Source of the DNA: Candidatus Helarchaeota archaeon
GTDB taxonomy: Archaea > Asgardarchaeota > Lokiarchaeia > Helarchaeales > RDOG01
Length of the DNA stretch: 64,000 nt
Assembly (NCBI GenBank): GCA_029838215.1
Contig: JALGVI010000003.1
Coordinates: forward strand, 32,001 to 96,000
Reading direction: 5' to 3'
Part shown: piece after piece, positions 28,593-44,073 of the stretch
Layout of the letters: every line of letters starts with the position of its first letter
Position numbering within the stretch: position 1 is the stretch's first letter
Program-made: the position numbers and the translations under genes
The notes under the pieces: generated by a model
The model's database searches: none
What the model was told of the DNA's origin: nothing
What the model saw: only the letters and a program-made list of their open reading frames with translations

Positions 28593-29168
28593 AGGGAAAT
28601 CGTATAACGTGGTGTAAATTGGACCTGCTCTTGTCAATTGACTTTTTTTTAATTGAAAGCTATTGACTTGCATGGTTCCGACTTCTTCAGAGTGTTTTTG
28701 ATGCTCCATTAATTTCGTAATCAGGGCATTGCGATTCCGTCCGCTTCTTACCCTTCCAATGGTTAAATGGGCTTGAAAACGCTTTTCTCTTTTTATCCCA
28801 TACCGTGAAACCGTAGAATCTATTTGTTTCGAGAGATCCATGACTTCATTTTTTCCTTTATCAATACCGATCCAAATTACCTTCGGAAATGCGGGTTTTG
28901 GAAAAGATCCAACACTTTTAAATTCTATTTCAAACGGTTTGATGGATATTTTCTTTACATCTTCAATGATGTCCTGTAATACTCTTTCTTCGACATCCCC
29001 TAAAAATTTAAGAGTTATGTGAATGTTTTTGATTTCAACATATTTAACGTGGGCATTGGTTACTCGAAACTCCTCTTGGATTTTACCAATGTTTGACAAT
29101 ATGTTTTCATCAATAACTTCTATGGCAAAAAAACTTCTCAACAATACCAATTTATCACGCTCTTCCAT
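28578..29168 (-). CDS. thpR: RNA 2',3'-cyclic phosphodiesterase (2H family)
   Basis: Two HxT motifs (HITLKFLG, HLTIGR), RSFFAI and GPIY. Confidence 0.93.
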   Translation of the reverse strand: MEERDKLVLLRSFFAIEVIDENILSNIGKIQEEFRVTNAHVKYVEIKNIHITLKFLGDVEERVLQDIIEDVKKISIKPFEIEFKSVGSFPKPAFPKVIWIGIDKGKNEVMDLSKQIDSTVSRYGIKREKRFQAHLTIGRVRSGRNRNALITKLMEHQKHSEEVGTMQVNSFQLKKSQLTRAGPIYTTLYDFPLGKE

Positions 29169-29406
29169 AATTTCGTTTTTGACTGATTTTTTTTATCTTT
29201 ATCGTGCAGGATGCTTGTAAATTTTTGTTAACTCTTACTAAAATCATATCTTGACGCAATGAAAATAAATTAAAATATCAAACTAGAGCTAGTTCTTAAC
29301 AGAAATTCGCACATTAGGGATATAAAACTATATAATAAAATGGTATGAAGTTGATCCTCGAAGCAAAACACCAAACATCTAACACGAATGGACAGCAGGT
29401 TATTAT

Positions 29407-30522
29407 TTGACTGGAAAAAAACGAAAAATTCGAGAAATTTCAATTAAACGCGATGATATTAGTGTAGGATATTCGAAAATATCTGAAAGTCCTGGTGTCG
29501 ATGAGGTAGTCATAAAACCCATTGGCTTCCCTTTGATTGCTCTAGGGGAAGAAAGACAATTCATACGAACTGATAATCCAAAACTCTTTAATTCGTATGC
29601 TATTGCTCAGTGGAGTGGAACTTACGTCACGGAAGGCACGTATATTTTTGATCAATTTCTATTTCCTGATTTTGCATTTGAGATAATTTCTGTCAAGCCT
29701 GGACCGGGTAAAATTACATCTGGCACTTCTATTGTGCTTCAGTCAAAGGAAAAGCTCATTCGCAAGGAATTTCCTAATGTTAGCTTTGACGATATCATCG
29801 GTAATCATGAAGCAAAGAGAAAATGTCAAATTATAATGAAGTACTTACAAGATCCTGACCGATTTGGAGAATGGATTCCGAAAAATGTCCTATTTTATGG
29901 ACACTCCGGAACAGGAAAAACCATGACTGCAAAGGCTCTTGCAAATGCAACTAACGTTCCGATATTCCTGATGAGAGCAACGGATTTAATCGGTTTACAT
30001 GTTGGAGATGGCGCACGAAAGGTACATAACTTATATAGTGAAGCTTCAGAATCCAGTCCTTGCATCATTTTTATTGACGAATTGGATGCGATAGGTTTAG
30101 ATCGAAAATACCAATCCATTCGTGGTGACGTGGCTGAAGTCGTGAATGCCCTTTTATCAGAAATGGATGGAATTACTAACCAATCAGGAATAGTTACAAT
30201 AGGTGCCACCAATACACCTGCTTTACTTGATGATAGCATTAAAAACCGATTTGAATCTTTGATAGAATTCAAGATCTTTGATGACAATGAGCGATATGAG
30301 TTCCTTGAAAAGTATTCAAGGCGACTTCCCATGCCATTCAAAATGGACTTGCATCGCTTGACGAACATGACAAAGAATTTATCCGGACGAGAATTAAAAG
30401 AAAAAATTCTTAAGAATGCATTACATCTTGCCATCCTTGAAGATAAGGATGAAATCAATGAGGAAATCATCCAGAAGGTCATTATTCACGTGAAAACCTC
30501 AAAAAATCCAATGTTCACGTGA
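29407..30522 (+). CDS. AAA+ ATPase, AMA-type (archaeal chaperone-like)
   Basis: N-terminal KPIGFP domain, Walker A GHSGTGKT, Walker B IIFIDELD, RGDVAEVVNALL and SGRELKE. Confidence 0.85.
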   Translation: MTGKKRKIREISIKRDDISVGYSKISESPGVDEVVIKPIGFPLIALGEERQFIRTDNPKLFNSYAIAQWSGTYVTEGTYIFDQFLFPDFAFEIISVKPGPGKITSGTSIVLQSKEKLIRKEFPNVSFDDIIGNHEAKRKCQIIMKYLQDPDRFGEWIPKNVLFYGHSGTGKTMTAKALANATNVPIFLMRATDLIGLHVGDGARKVHNLYSEASESSPCIIFIDELDAIGLDRKYQSIRGDVAEVVNALLSEMDGITNQSGIVTIGATNTPALLDDSIKNRFESLIEFKIFDDNERYEFLEKYSRRLPMPFKMDLHRLTNMTKNLSGRELKEKILKNALHLAILEDKDEINEEIIQKVIIHVKTSKNPMFT

Positions 30523-30566
30523 ATTTTTAGCACGGTTCTTTTTTTAATTCAAGGAAGAATTTATAC

Positions 30567-31109
30567 ATGAAACCTGAAATGAAAATATTCACGTTAGTTG
30601 GTATGCCCGGTGCAGGTAAGTCTGAAGCCACGAAATTAATCGAAGATCTCGGCATTCCCGTCATCATTATGGGTGATGTAATTCGTGAAGAGATGCGCCG
30701 TAACGGCATCGAACTCACGCGTGAAAATATGGGAAAATTCACACGAGAAATTCGTGAGCACTTAGGATGGGACATTGTTGCTAAAAAATGCGTGGAAAAG
30801 ATCAAAAATATCGAAGCAGATATTCTTATCATTGATGGAGTACGAAATCCTGAAGAAATCGAATATTTCAAAAACAATTTAGAAAAATTTAAGGTAATAT
30901 ATGTCAAAGCCTCTCCCGAAACACGATTCCAACGCTTGCGTGCACGTGGTCGTGTTGATGATCCATTCACATTTGATGATTTCAAGAAAAGAGATGAACG
31001 TGAATTATCATTCGGCATAAAGAAGATCATGGATCAAGCCGATTATACAATCGACAATGAGCATGATAGAGAACATTTAAAAGCTCAGATTCTGAAAATT
31101 ATCTCATGA
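30567..31109 (+). CDS. Nucleoside-monophosphate kinase-like P-loop protein (UPF0200/COG0237)
   Basis: GMPGAGKS, MGDVIR, IDGVR and RL..RGR.DD motifs. Confidence 0.85.
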   Translation: MKPEMKIFTLVGMPGAGKSEATKLIEDLGIPVIIMGDVIREEMRRNGIELTRENMGKFTREIREHLGWDIVAKKCVEKIKNIEADILIIDGVRNPEEIEYFKNNLEKFKVIYVKASPETRFQRLRARGRVDDPFTFDDFKKRDERELSFGIKKIMDQADYTIDNEHDREHLKAQILKIIS

Positions 31110-32167
31110 ACCTATTTTTTATAATCCTAGATGGTTGCTCCCATAAAGCATTACAGCTGGCTTCCACGCCATTTCTTGATAATATCTCAAGCTTTACAGT
31201 AATGGCTAATGCCGTGCTACCAACGGCTACTTATACGGGTCACTCTTCGATAATGACGGGAACCCCACCAAACACTCACGGCATCATTGGAAATGTTTTT
31301 TTAGATCGAACTGAAAACCGAATCAAAGATTTCGATGATCATGACGTGAACGAATACTTGCTTTGTCCAACGGCTTTCGAGCATTTGGGTGCTTTGCCGG
31401 GTGCCGCAATTTGCGAGCCAGTAACTCGTGGAGCAAAATACATCAAGGCAATGAATGAGATTAATCAACAGCCCGGAGAAATGAGGGATGAAATCGTATT
31501 TAAAGACTTACTGCATGCCTTAAAAAAACCTGCCTTAAAACTCTTTGTCGCCAACTTTTCTGGAATTGACTACATGGGGGAAAATTACGGTGAACGGAGT
31601 TCACGATATCTTGAAGAGATATCAATAGTCGATGATTATCTTAAAGAGATATATAAAAGAAGTAATGAAAATAGCCTTTTTCTAATCACGGCAGATCACG
31701 GCATGACAAGTGCCCGAGAAAATTTGGACTTACAGTCTCTATTTTTAAACGAAGGAATTAAAGACGTGATTTGCTTGGCCACACATCGAGCCTCTCATGT
31801 TTATGCAAGAGAAAGAGATCTTGAACGAATGACACGGATTCTTGCAAAGAACGAAAAAATTGATGTAATCTTGAGCAAGGAAGAAATTTCGGCACGCAAT
31901 CTAAACCATGAACGATGTGGTGATATCGTGGTTTTTGCCAAGAAAGGATATGAATTAAGTAATCATGAAATGGTAGGAAGCCATGGTGGGTTGGACAATC
32001 TCGAAAGAGAAGTACCAATTCTCGTGTTTGATAAAAATATTAACGAGAAAATACGTTTTGATGAGATGCGGTCAAATTATTCAATAATGGACCTCTTGCC
32101 CACCGCCCTAAAAATATTAAAACATGAGGTACCATCGTTTTTGTGTGGAAAAAGTTTGATTCTCTGA
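31106..32167 (+). CDS. Alkaline phosphatase superfamily protein (NPP/phosphonoacetate hydrolase-like)
   Basis: IILDG, PTATYTGHSSIMTG, TADHG and GSHGG motifs. Confidence 0.85.
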   Translation: MNLFFIILDGCSHKALQLASTPFLDNISSFTVMANAVLPTATYTGHSSIMTGTPPNTHGIIGNVFLDRTENRIKDFDDHDVNEYLLCPTAFEHLGALPGAAICEPVTRGAKYIKAMNEINQQPGEMRDEIVFKDLLHALKKPALKLFVANFSGIDYMGENYGERSSRYLEEISIVDDYLKEIYKRSNENSLFLITADHGMTSARENLDLQSLFLNEGIKDVICLATHRASHVYARERDLERMTRILAKNEKIDVILSKEEISARNLNHERCGDIVVFAKKGYELSNHEMVGSHGGLDNLEREVPILVFDKNINEKIRFDEMRSNYSIMDLLPTALKILKHEVPSFLCGKSLIL

Positions 32168-32196
32168 AGAATCCTAAAAATTAAGTAATGAAATAA

Positions 32197-32646
32197 TTAA
32201 CGGATGGGTTTCTCTTTCTTTCCTTCAACCAATGCCTTTAAAGAAACGCCATTTATCTTCGTGACCTTCCAACGCACGCCGGGTAAATCTCCAATAGCCC
32301 GTCCTTTTGCACCGCCAATTCCTTCAACGATCACTTCATCGTGTTCATCAATGAAAGTAAGTGCACCATCGCCCGGGAGGAAAGCCGTGATCTGTTTTCC
32401 GTTCTTAATGAGTTGAATCCGCACGCATTTTCGAATGCCTGAGTTGGGTTGTTTTGTCTCAATACCTACTTTTTCGAGCACGATCCCTTTTGCTTGCGGA
32501 GCACCTTCTAAAGGATCTGTTTTAACATCTAAACCCAAAACTCGTCGTTTATATCGAATGTCTTTCCAACGAAAATGTTTCCTTTTTTCTTTAAGGCTTC
32601 TTCCGGCCATTAATCCGTTTGGTGATTTTTTTACTATTTTAATCAA
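32197..32646 (-). CDS. rps12: 30S ribosomal protein uS12
   Basis: [27 protein letters not shown] and [11 protein letters not shown]. Confidence 0.97.
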   Translation of the reverse strand: MIKIVKKSPNGLMAGRSLKEKRKHFRWKDIRYKRRVLGLDVKTDPLEGAPQAKGIVLEKVGIETKQPNSGIRKCVRIQLIKNGKQITAFLPGDGALTFIDEHDEVIVEGIGGAKGRAIGDLPGVRWKVTKINGVSLKALVEGKKEKPIR

Positions 32647-32813
32647 CTCTTTATCTTGAGTGTTCTAAATTCCTTCAACTCAATATGGATGTTTGGAAAC
32701 GTAAAACACGGCGAATATTTAAAATTTGTGTGATTTCCAAAGGAAAGATTAAATTAAAATTTTTTTCTATTCTAAATTGTATTCGTAAGATCCACATCTG
32801 GGTGCTTGGTACC

Positions 32814-33983
32814 ATGACTTTGGAAAAATATAGGGATGATATTTATACTTGTAATAGATCTCGGTGCGGATTCTGCAGGGAACTCTGTCCTGTCTATTCT
32901 CAGCTAAAATATGAAGCGTATAGTTCTCGGGGAAAAATGCAGATTGCCCGGGGGTTGTTAGAAGGCATCATAGAGCCTGATGATGCGCTCATGGAATGCT
33001 TGAGTTTATGCACTTTATGTGGGTATTGCAAGGCACGTTGTGCCCTTCAAAACGTTGAAATCTTTAAAGAGCTCAGGGAAAGTCTCGTGAAGAAGGGATT
33101 CGAGAATAAATATCACAAAAAAGCAATAAAAAGCATACAGGAAAATAAATCTCCATTCGGTCCTCAGAAGGAAGGACAAAAATCAAGTTGGGCACAAGGA
33201 TTGGAATTTGACCAGAACTCCAACGTGTTGTTTTTTGTTGGTTGTAGCTATCCACGTTCTTTCCCCCAAGTTCTTAAAAATATTCATGAGTTTTTAGCTA
33301 AAGTTGACATCAAGTTGGCTTATTTAGGTGATGAAGAAGATTGTTGTGGACTCATGATGGATCTTACAGGATATCGAGACGAATTTGAGCTTTATAAGAA
33401 AAATTATAAGGAACGGCTCTTACAATTGGGAATCGATACCATAATGACTCCGTGTCCTGGCTGTTATAAGATACTAAAAAGTTCGTATTTTAATCCTGAA
33501 GATGATTCTACTAAAATTAAGGTCGTTCATTTTATTGAATTCGTGGCAAACCTAATAGCGAAAAAAAAGATTTCATTCAAGAAAAAGATTGACATGACGA
33601 TTACCTGGCACGATCCGTGTGATCTGGGACGCCACATGGGCATATTCGAAGAACCTCGAACCATATTAAAGTCCATCCCTGGTATAAAACTCGTGGAAAT
33701 GAAAAATAATCGGTATCAAGCGCGATGTTGCGGCTCTGGAGGCGGAATGCTCACATCCAATGCTGATATATCCATTGATGTTGCAATTCAACGTCTTGAA
33801 GAAGCCGAAGAAACTGGTGCTGAAGCTCTAGTTACAATGTGTCCTACCTGTGAATCGATTTTTGAAAAAGCAATTCGATATACCGATTCTGCGATGAAAC
33901 TCTACGATCTTTCCGAATTGCTTTTAAATACTTGTAATGGAGATACAAGGAAGAACACGGGATCTGCCAAAGATTTTTTTTAA
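32814..33983 (+). CDS. HdrD/GlpC-like Fe-S oxidoreductase subunit (2x4Fe-4S plus CCG domains)
   Basis: CNRSRCGFC...CP, CTLCGYC...C, EDCCG, PCPGC, WHDPCDLGR and RCCGSGGG. Start moved from 32685 to MTLEKY. Confidence 0.9.
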   Translation: MTLEKYRDDIYTCNRSRCGFCRELCPVYSQLKYEAYSSRGKMQIARGLLEGIIEPDDALMECLSLCTLCGYCKARCALQNVEIFKELRESLVKKGFENKYHKKAIKSIQENKSPFGPQKEGQKSSWAQGLEFDQNSNVLFFVGCSYPRSFPQVLKNIHEFLAKVDIKLAYLGDEEDCCGLMMDLTGYRDEFELYKKNYKERLLQLGIDTIMTPCPGCYKILKSSYFNPEDDSTKIKVVHFIEFVANLIAKKKISFKKKIDMTITWHDPCDLGRHMGIFEEPRTILKSIPGIKLVEMKNNRYQARCCGSGGGMLTSNADISIDVAIQRLEEAEETGAEALVTMCPTCESIFEKAIRYTDSAMKLYDLSELLLNTCNGDTRKNTGSAKDFF

Positions 33984-34006
33984 ACTCAGCCTAATTTTAT
34001 AGATGA

Positions 34007-35107
34007 TTGAAAGTGAAAATCATAAAAAATAGCGGTATTCATCTAATCGCAGATGACGTGCATGTTGTCATTGATCCGACCTCCGTGAGAGCTGCAAATG
34101 AAGCCGATTTGATTCTCATTTCTCATGCACACTCTGATCACCATCCCAGCTCATTAAAAAACGTGACACCATTGAAATTGATGAGTGAACCCACGTATCT
34201 ACTATTATCGAATAAGAAAAAAGGACCAATCTCGCATTTTCATCTTTTAAAACCGTTCCAAACGCCACGAGATGAATTTGTTTTTGAAAAAAATGGTGAC
34301 GCCATTAGGATTCAAGCACATCCTGCAGGACATGTGGTTGGAAGCATGCAATTCTTAATTTCTTTTAACGGCGAAAAAGTGATTTACACGGGGGATTTTT
34401 GTCTTGATGATAGATGCGGCATGGAAAAATCAATGATATTGCAAGCCGAAAATGGAACCTTAATAATAGATAGCACGTATTTTGACAAGGTCGATTCTTT
34501 TCCATCTCGCAAGAGAACGTACGTCCGCCTATTGCGGTGGCTTCACCAGAATTTTAAAAAACCCGGTAAAAAAAGTGCTGTTATCATCGCCCAGCGGTTG
34601 GGAACTTGCCAAGAAATTGCTGCTTTGATAAATAATTATTCCACAATTGAAAATTACAAAATTCATGTCCATGCACAAGTATTTGAGAGCAATCTAGTGC
34701 ATGCTAAGTTCTCGAGTCTCCAATATTTTTATAAAAAACGTGTTTTCGAAGAAGAATCTCGGAATACGTGTCGAAATCAGTCCTCTTTAACGTCTTTTTT
34801 TGAAACTGAAATGAATAATGGCTCGGGCGTTTCAGATGGTAATGGGAACAAGCGATTCATCGGGCAAGTAGGGGCAAAACTGATTTTTCTATTGCCTTTC
34901 AATTATGTCCGAAAAATTCAAGAATTGGTTGAGTTTTATGGTGCTGATTCCATTGCAGTCTGCACGGGTTGGGCCGAAACAAAAATGTTTAAACCCTTGG
35001 AAACCGAATTTGGAATTCAGCTATTTCCTTTAACTTCTCATGCTGCTCGAGTCGATATTCAAAGGTACGAGAAGGAATCGAAAGCAAAAAAAGTCATTTA
35101 CGTTTAA
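34007..35107 (+). CDS. MBL-fold (beta-CASP-like) hydrolase
   Basis: ISHAHSDH, AGHVVGS, YTGDF, IDSTY and LTSHA motifs. Confidence 0.8.
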   Translation: MKVKIIKNSGIHLIADDVHVVIDPTSVRAANEADLILISHAHSDHHPSSLKNVTPLKLMSEPTYLLLSNKKKGPISHFHLLKPFQTPRDEFVFEKNGDAIRIQAHPAGHVVGSMQFLISFNGEKVIYTGDFCLDDRCGMEKSMILQAENGTLIIDSTYFDKVDSFPSRKRTYVRLLRWLHQNFKKPGKKSAVIIAQRLGTCQEIAALINNYSTIENYKIHVHAQVFESNLVHAKFSSLQYFYKKRVFEEESRNTCRNQSSLTSFFETEMNNGSGVSDGNGNKRFIGQVGAKLIFLLPFNYVRKIQELVEFYGADSIAVCTGWAETKMFKPLETEFGIQLFPLTSHAARVDIQRYEKESKAKKVIYV

Positions 35108-35112
35108 TTTTT

Positions 35113-36129
35113 TTGAAGTGGTTTGATATGCCTGAAGAACACAGGATTTTGATTTCAGGATCGGCGGCTTTTGACGTGATTGCATTTACAGGTGAACCTA
35201 TTTCTGACATTTTTAGTAATGCTCTCACGAATAAGGAAGATTCTGAAGCACGAATAAGCATATCTTTTTTGGTAAATAAGAGCGTGTCTTTTGGAGGTAC
35301 TGCGTTAAATATTGCATACAATGTGAAACTGCTTGGAGGCAATCCTCTTCCCATTTCGTGCGTGGGTAAGGATTTTTTCAGCAGAAAGTATGAAGAGCAT
35401 TTGAAACAATTGAACATGGATACGTCCGGTCTGGACATCAATGAAAATGAGGATACTGCCGAAGCTTATATCGTTACTGGAAGTAAGGGCGGTCAAATGT
35501 CCATCTTCCATACCGGTGCCTTGCAATATTGTTGCGAAATCGACATCGAGAAAAAAATCGCCGGAAAAAATATCTTCATGGGGATCGTTTCTCCAAATCC
35601 TCCCGAAACGATGTTAGCCCACGCGATGAAACTTGCCGAATTGAAAATTCCATACGTGGCAGATCCCGGTCAGATGATAAATGTATTCTCTCAAGATGAT
35701 CTCATCAAATTCGTGTCGAGTGCTACCATCTTGATCGTGAATGATTTCGAAGCAACACTTGTTGAAAACCGAACTGGGAAGAAATTGAACGAAATGGTTT
35801 CGATTCGGCTCATTACTCAAGGGGAAAAAGGCGTATTGATTCAATTCAAGGATGAGGAACTGCACGTGCCAGCCATAAAAATAAAAAAACTGGTAGATCC
35901 AACTGGGGCTGGTGATGCTTTTCGGGGAGGCTTCTTGTTGGCACTATCAAAGCTATGCAAATCCGTTGGAGACATAACACTTGAAAAACTTCGACTTGCA
36001 TCACAAGTAGGTGCCGTGACAGGAGGTGCTGCCGTGGAATGTAGTGGAACTCAAAATCACATTTTCACAAAAAATGAGTTCCGTGCCCGTTATGAAGAAA
36101 ATTATTCAAAACTCGAAATCCCCTTATAA
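35113..36129 (+). CDS. PfkB-family carbohydrate/nucleoside kinase
   Basis: SGSAAFD, FGGTALNIAY, DPGQ and anion-hole DPTGAGDAFRGG. Confidence 0.92.
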   Translation: MKWFDMPEEHRILISGSAAFDVIAFTGEPISDIFSNALTNKEDSEARISISFLVNKSVSFGGTALNIAYNVKLLGGNPLPISCVGKDFFSRKYEEHLKQLNMDTSGLDINENEDTAEAYIVTGSKGGQMSIFHTGALQYCCEIDIEKKIAGKNIFMGIVSPNPPETMLAHAMKLAELKIPYVADPGQMINVFSQDDLIKFVSSATILIVNDFEATLVENRTGKKLNEMVSIRLITQGEKGVLIQFKDEELHVPAIKIKKLVDPTGAGDAFRGGFLLALSKLCKSVGDITLEKLRLASQVGAVTGGAAVECSGTQNHIFTKNEFRARYEENYSKLEIPL

Positions 36130-36188
36130 TTCTCTTGAATTTAATCGGGCTCGAGTCTTCTTTTCTTCTTTCCAAAAAATATTGAGTC

Positions 36189-36614
36189 TTAAGATATTAC
36201 TACATCATCAATGTCATAATGGCGTTTTGCTAACATTCGAGACTTTGCCACGTTTTTTCCTGCCTTCCCAATGGCGATGCCTTTATCTCTTCCATCAACG
36301 GTCACTAAGGCAACTTTCCTTCCGTCTCGTTTTTCATTTATAATGATATTCTTTATTTTTGCGGGACTTAAAGTGTTCGATATAAATTTTTCTGCAGAGT
36401 CGGCGTATTCTACTACATCAATCTGCTTGTGTAAGAAGTCTCTGACGCGTTTAATATTTACGCCGCGCTTCCCAATAGCAAGTCCAATATTGCCTGATTT
36501 AACAATGAAGATGATGCGATCGTCATCTACAATGCAATCTCTGGCAACGGCTCCCGTGATACTTTCAAAAAGAGAAATAAAGCGAATTTCTTCGTCTCCG
36601 AGTTTTATTGGCAT
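36189..36614 (-). CDS. nusA: Archaeal NusA transcription elongation factor
   Basis: ISLFESITGAVARDC and two KH motifs (AIGKRGVNI, AIGKAGKNV). Confidence 0.95.
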   Translation of the reverse strand: MPIKLGDEEIRFISLFESITGAVARDCIVDDDRIIFIVKSGNIGLAIGKRGVNIKRVRDFLHKQIDVVEYADSAEKFISNTLSPAKIKNIIINEKRDGRKVALVTVDGRDKGIAIGKAGKNVAKSRMLAKRHYDIDDVVIS

Positions 36615-36705
36615 TTCTATAAGTACTTCCTCAATTATATAATCTCTAAACTTATTTTATAAGGTTCGCGTGCTTTTAAACCTGTTTTTTCCTTGAAATT
36701 TATTT

Positions 36706-37005
36706 TTAACTTAGTCGTAATATATCTTGAGAATCACCCGGGTCAATCACGGCTAAAGTAGAAACAAGATGATACCTGCCACAGATTTCGCCCAAATCAC
36801 GACTTGACCCTTTATACGTATGTAATTTTATTTCTGCGATTTTGCAATAATGTTGCAGTTCTTTGGAAAGACCTTCCGGGCAGTTTGCTGCCTTTATGAT
36901 CAATTTTGCTTTTTTCTGCCTGATTGCTTGCATTGAATTCTTATTTCCCAAGAAAATCTTGCCTGTTTTCAATGCAATTTTTATGGCTTTGTCCTCGTCA
37001 ATCAT
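36706..37005 (-). CDS. rpl30e: 50S ribosomal protein eL30
   Basis: ALKTGKIFLG, AKLIIKAANCP, YKGSSRDLGEICG and LAVIDPGDS. Confidence 0.95.
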   Translation of the reverse strand: MIDEDKAIKIALKTGKIFLGNKNSMQAIRQKKAKLIIKAANCPEGLSKELQHYCKIAEIKLHTYKGSSRDLGEICGRYHLVSTLAVIDPGDSQDILRLS

Positions 37006-37148
37006 GAAGACTCGTATCCTTTAATATTTTGGGTTACACATACAACTTAGTTCTTTTAAAGATTTGTTTTAATCAATTTTTTTATTCATTTTCTTTATGA
37101 TTTTGAGTAATAAAGGATTGAACTTTATCATTATTTAAATAATTGTCA

Positions 37149-41250
<4,102 letters not shown>

Positions 41251-41499
41251 TTTTTCTTCTCAACCGTTTAAAAATTCATTAATCAAATTAGAATTGCAGA
41301 GAACCCCTATCACGATTGGATTCTGGTGTTATGTGGAAAGGATTTTTCAGTGATGGGATGCGCGATCAACTCTTTAATTGATTAAAACTTTGAAAAATTC
41401 ACTAAGAAGGGAATTAAGACTCACTAAAAATTATGGTTGCTCTTTAAATTTCCATTGCGAAAATCTTTATAAATTTTTCGATAAGTTTCGGATGTTTTA

Positions 41500-43158
41500 T
41501 CAAATTGTCGGTTTTGGTTGCCTATCTGGTGGAAGTCCCGGCATTGGTGCTCCAGCATGCGCTTCTGGAGACATTAATTTTGCGGCAACAACATCATCAA
41601 TTCGAAGAATCATTGAAGCCGCTTCAACCGCAGATCTAAGCTCTTGAATTTTTACCCAAAGTGGTTCAATAACCCCTATCTCGAACATGTTTGCAATTTT
41701 CCCGTCATATAGATTAAGGGCAAGCCATTTACTTTCTGGATTTTCATGAGCTGCTCGCAATAATACCAAATTATCGATGGGATCGAATCCTGAATTAGTT
41801 ATTAACGTTCGAGTAATGGCTTCGAGTGCATCACAATAAATTTCGATGGCTAGTTGCTCTTTCCCTCCGACCGTTTGAGCAAAACGGCGTATGTTCTTTG
41901 CCAATTCAACTTCTACGGAGCCACCACCTCCTAAAACTTTATTCTTTTGTAAAACATCAGCAATTACTGAGAAACCATCGTGTAGAGCTCTTTCTGCTTC
42001 ATCAAGTAGATTATCCACTCCACCACGAAGAAGAACTGCCACGGACTTTGGATTTTTGCAACCCTCGATAAAAATAAACTTTTTGTTACTAACTAATCTT
42101 TCTTCTACTAACTCAGCCTCGCCCAAGTCATCTTCAACCAAATCATTTATATCCGTTATAATCTTGCCTTGGGTGGCCATCTTGAGTTTTATCATTTCTT
42201 TCTTCTTAATCCTGCTGATTGCCATGATACCCTCTTGGAGCATGAATTCTTGGGCTATGTCATTAATTCCTTTTTGGCAAAAAACGATAGTTGCTCCTGT
42301 TTTTTTAATCTTGTCAACCATTCGTGCAAGGATTTCCTCTTCTTCATCATGCAATGCTTTGATTTGTTTTATGTCCGTTATTCTTATTTGGGCATCAATT
42401 TTTGTTTTTTCAATTTCCAGCGGACAATCAATTAATGCAATTTTTGCATTCACGATTTTTCTTGGCATTTCTGGATGAGCGATATTTTCTGCAATTATTG
42501 CTCCCTTTATGAGTTTAGTATCTGTCAGACTTCCTCCCTGACGTTTTTGGATCTGGATCCTTTCAACGTTCACTTGGATTTCAGTCCCGCGTGTTTCCTT
42601 AATGGACATAACGGCTTCCACGCAGATTTTTGCGAACCTATCCTTGACCGTTGAAACCGCTTTACTATTCAAGGAAGTCAAAGCTATTTTATGTAATATG
42701 TCCGTGTCTTTTTCAGGATCGATAGAAATGGAAATATCTTCAAGAATTTCTTCTGATTTTGAAAGAGCTTTTTTAAATCCTTTAACAATATGTGTTGGAT
42801 GAACTTTCAAGTCAAGAAGGATTTCTGAACGCTTAAGCAGTTCTCCCGTCATGATCACGGCAGATGTAGTGCCATCCCCTACTTCATCATCCAAGGCTCT
42901 TGCTACTTCTACAATCATCTTCCCTGCTGGATGTTCTATTTCGAGTTCCTCAAGGATCGTGGCTCCATCATTTGTGATGACGATGCCTCCAAGTCGATCT
43001 ACGAGCATTTTATCCATGCCGCGCGGTCCAAGCGTGCTTTTAACCGCTTCACTAATGACTCTGGCTGCTTTTATGTTTATTTTTTGGGCGTCTTGTCCTT
43101 CTACTCTTTTGCTACCTTCTTTTAATATCACTACAGGCTTGCCTGTTAATTGTGTCAT
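41500..43158 (-). CDS. Thermosome (group II chaperonin) subunit
   Basis: [27 protein letters not shown] and ILRIDD. No GGM tail. Confidence 0.95.
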   Translation of the reverse strand: MTQLTGKPVVILKEGSKRVEGQDAQKINIKAARVISEAVKSTLGPRGMDKMLVDRLGGIVITNDGATILEELEIEHPAGKMIVEVARALDDEVGDGTTSAVIMTGELLKRSEILLDLKVHPTHIVKGFKKALSKSEEILEDISISIDPEKDTDILHKIALTSLNSKAVSTVKDRFAKICVEAVMSIKETRGTEIQVNVERIQIQKRQGGSLTDTKLIKGAIIAENIAHPEMPRKIVNAKIALIDCPLEIEKTKIDAQIRITDIKQIKALHDEEEEILARMVDKIKKTGATIVFCQKGINDIAQEFMLQEGIMAISRIKKKEMIKLKMATQGKIITDINDLVEDDLGEAELVEERLVSNKKFIFIEGCKNPKSVAVLLRGGVDNLLDEAERALHDGFSVIADVLQKNKVLGGGGSVEVELAKNIRRFAQTVGGKEQLAIEIYCDALEAITRTLITNSGFDPIDNLVLLRAAHENPESKWLALNLYDGKIANMFEIGVIEPLWVKIQELRSAVEAASMILRIDDVVAAKLMSPEAHAGAPMPGLPPDRQPKPTI

Positions 43159-43168
43159 GCTTTTTTAC

Positions 43169-43534
43169 CTAAAAAATTGCAATGTCTACTTCATCATTTA
43201 GTTTAAATTCATTAAGATTTGTTGGCAAGATTATCTTTAGTGGAATACCACCGATTAGAATGATTAACGTGCTCTGATCTTCTTGTTTTTCAACTGATTC
43301 TACTGTTCCATGACCAAAAAACTTTGCATTCTCATCGCTCAGTTTTTCACTTTTTCTCGCAATTTTGAAATGAACGTCTTTAGTCGTATCAAAGGCAATT
43401 AATCGTTCCGGAGTATTTAATTTAATTTCAATTTTTTTCTCTTTTAATGAAAAATATAAAATTTTCATCTCTGCGGCTTTCGGTGTTTCGATTTTATCGA
43501 CTTTTACTTTAATATCTAACAAAATTTCCACCAA
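43169..43534 (-). CDS. rpo8: RNA polymerase subunit Rpo8 (RpoG, RPB8 homologue)
   Basis: About 120 aa with a beta-rich OB-like pattern. FFGHGTV...[12 protein letters not shown] resembles the crenarchaeal RpoG FCGHGY...ISLFGLLVKI segment, recalled from memory. It lies next to SmAP3 and tgtA. Confidence 0.7.
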   Translation of the reverse strand: MVEILLDIKVKVDKIETPKAAEMKILYFSLKEKKIEIKLNTPERLIAFDTTKDVHFKIARKSEKLSDENAKFFGHGTVESVEKQEDQSTLIILIGGIPLKIILPTNLNEFKLNDEVDIAIF

Positions 43535-43549
43535 AAATTGGTTAAAATA

Positions 43550-44026
43550 TTATTTTCTTTTTCGAAATTTTTCCATTTCTTCAATTTCGGCCTCTGCTCC
43601 AGGACCAAATTGCATTTTTTCAACGAATTTATTATAGACATTGCGCACGCTTTCAGCAAGAGGGCCCGAACCTTCTACTCCAAATTCCGTTACTTTAATT
43701 TTATTTAATACCATGATAGATCTTGCGTCTGGGAAATATTGCACTTGTCCTTTTGGAAATAATTTGGATATCTCCTCGGTCAAGGCCTGCAAGTCAAACC
43801 CTTTTGCTGTTTCTATAATTTCTAGAATATGTTGTCCATAAATAAAGATTCTTTCAAATTCATTTCCTTCATCATCTTCGGCAGGCCCTAAACAAATGCT
43901 CATTTTTTGACGTTCCATTCCTAAGAGGGTACCGCTATATACTTTATTTGCAGTAATAACTTTAACTTCTGCATCAATTAATCCGGAAATTTCTCTAAAA
44001 AAACGCTGTTCTGAAGTTTGACTCAT
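43550..44026 (-). CDS. SmAP3-type (augmented Sm/Lsm) RNA-binding protein
   Basis: Sm1/Sm2 core followed by the SmAP3 C-terminal domain (FP..V.Y......V...IKVTEFGVEGSGPLAE). Start at MSQTSE, preceded by GGAGG. Confidence 0.88.
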   Translation of the reverse strand: MSQTSEQRFFREISGLIDAEVKVITANKVYSGTLLGMERQKMSICLGPAEDDEGNEFERIFIYGQHILEIIETAKGFDLQALTEEISKLFPKGQVQYFPDARSIMVLNKIKVTEFGVEGSGPLAESVRNVYNKFVEKMQFGPGAEAEIEEMEKFRKRK

Positions 44027-44073
44027 TTTCTTACCTCCAAACAATCATCAGGACGTATTTTTCCTGCTTTTTC

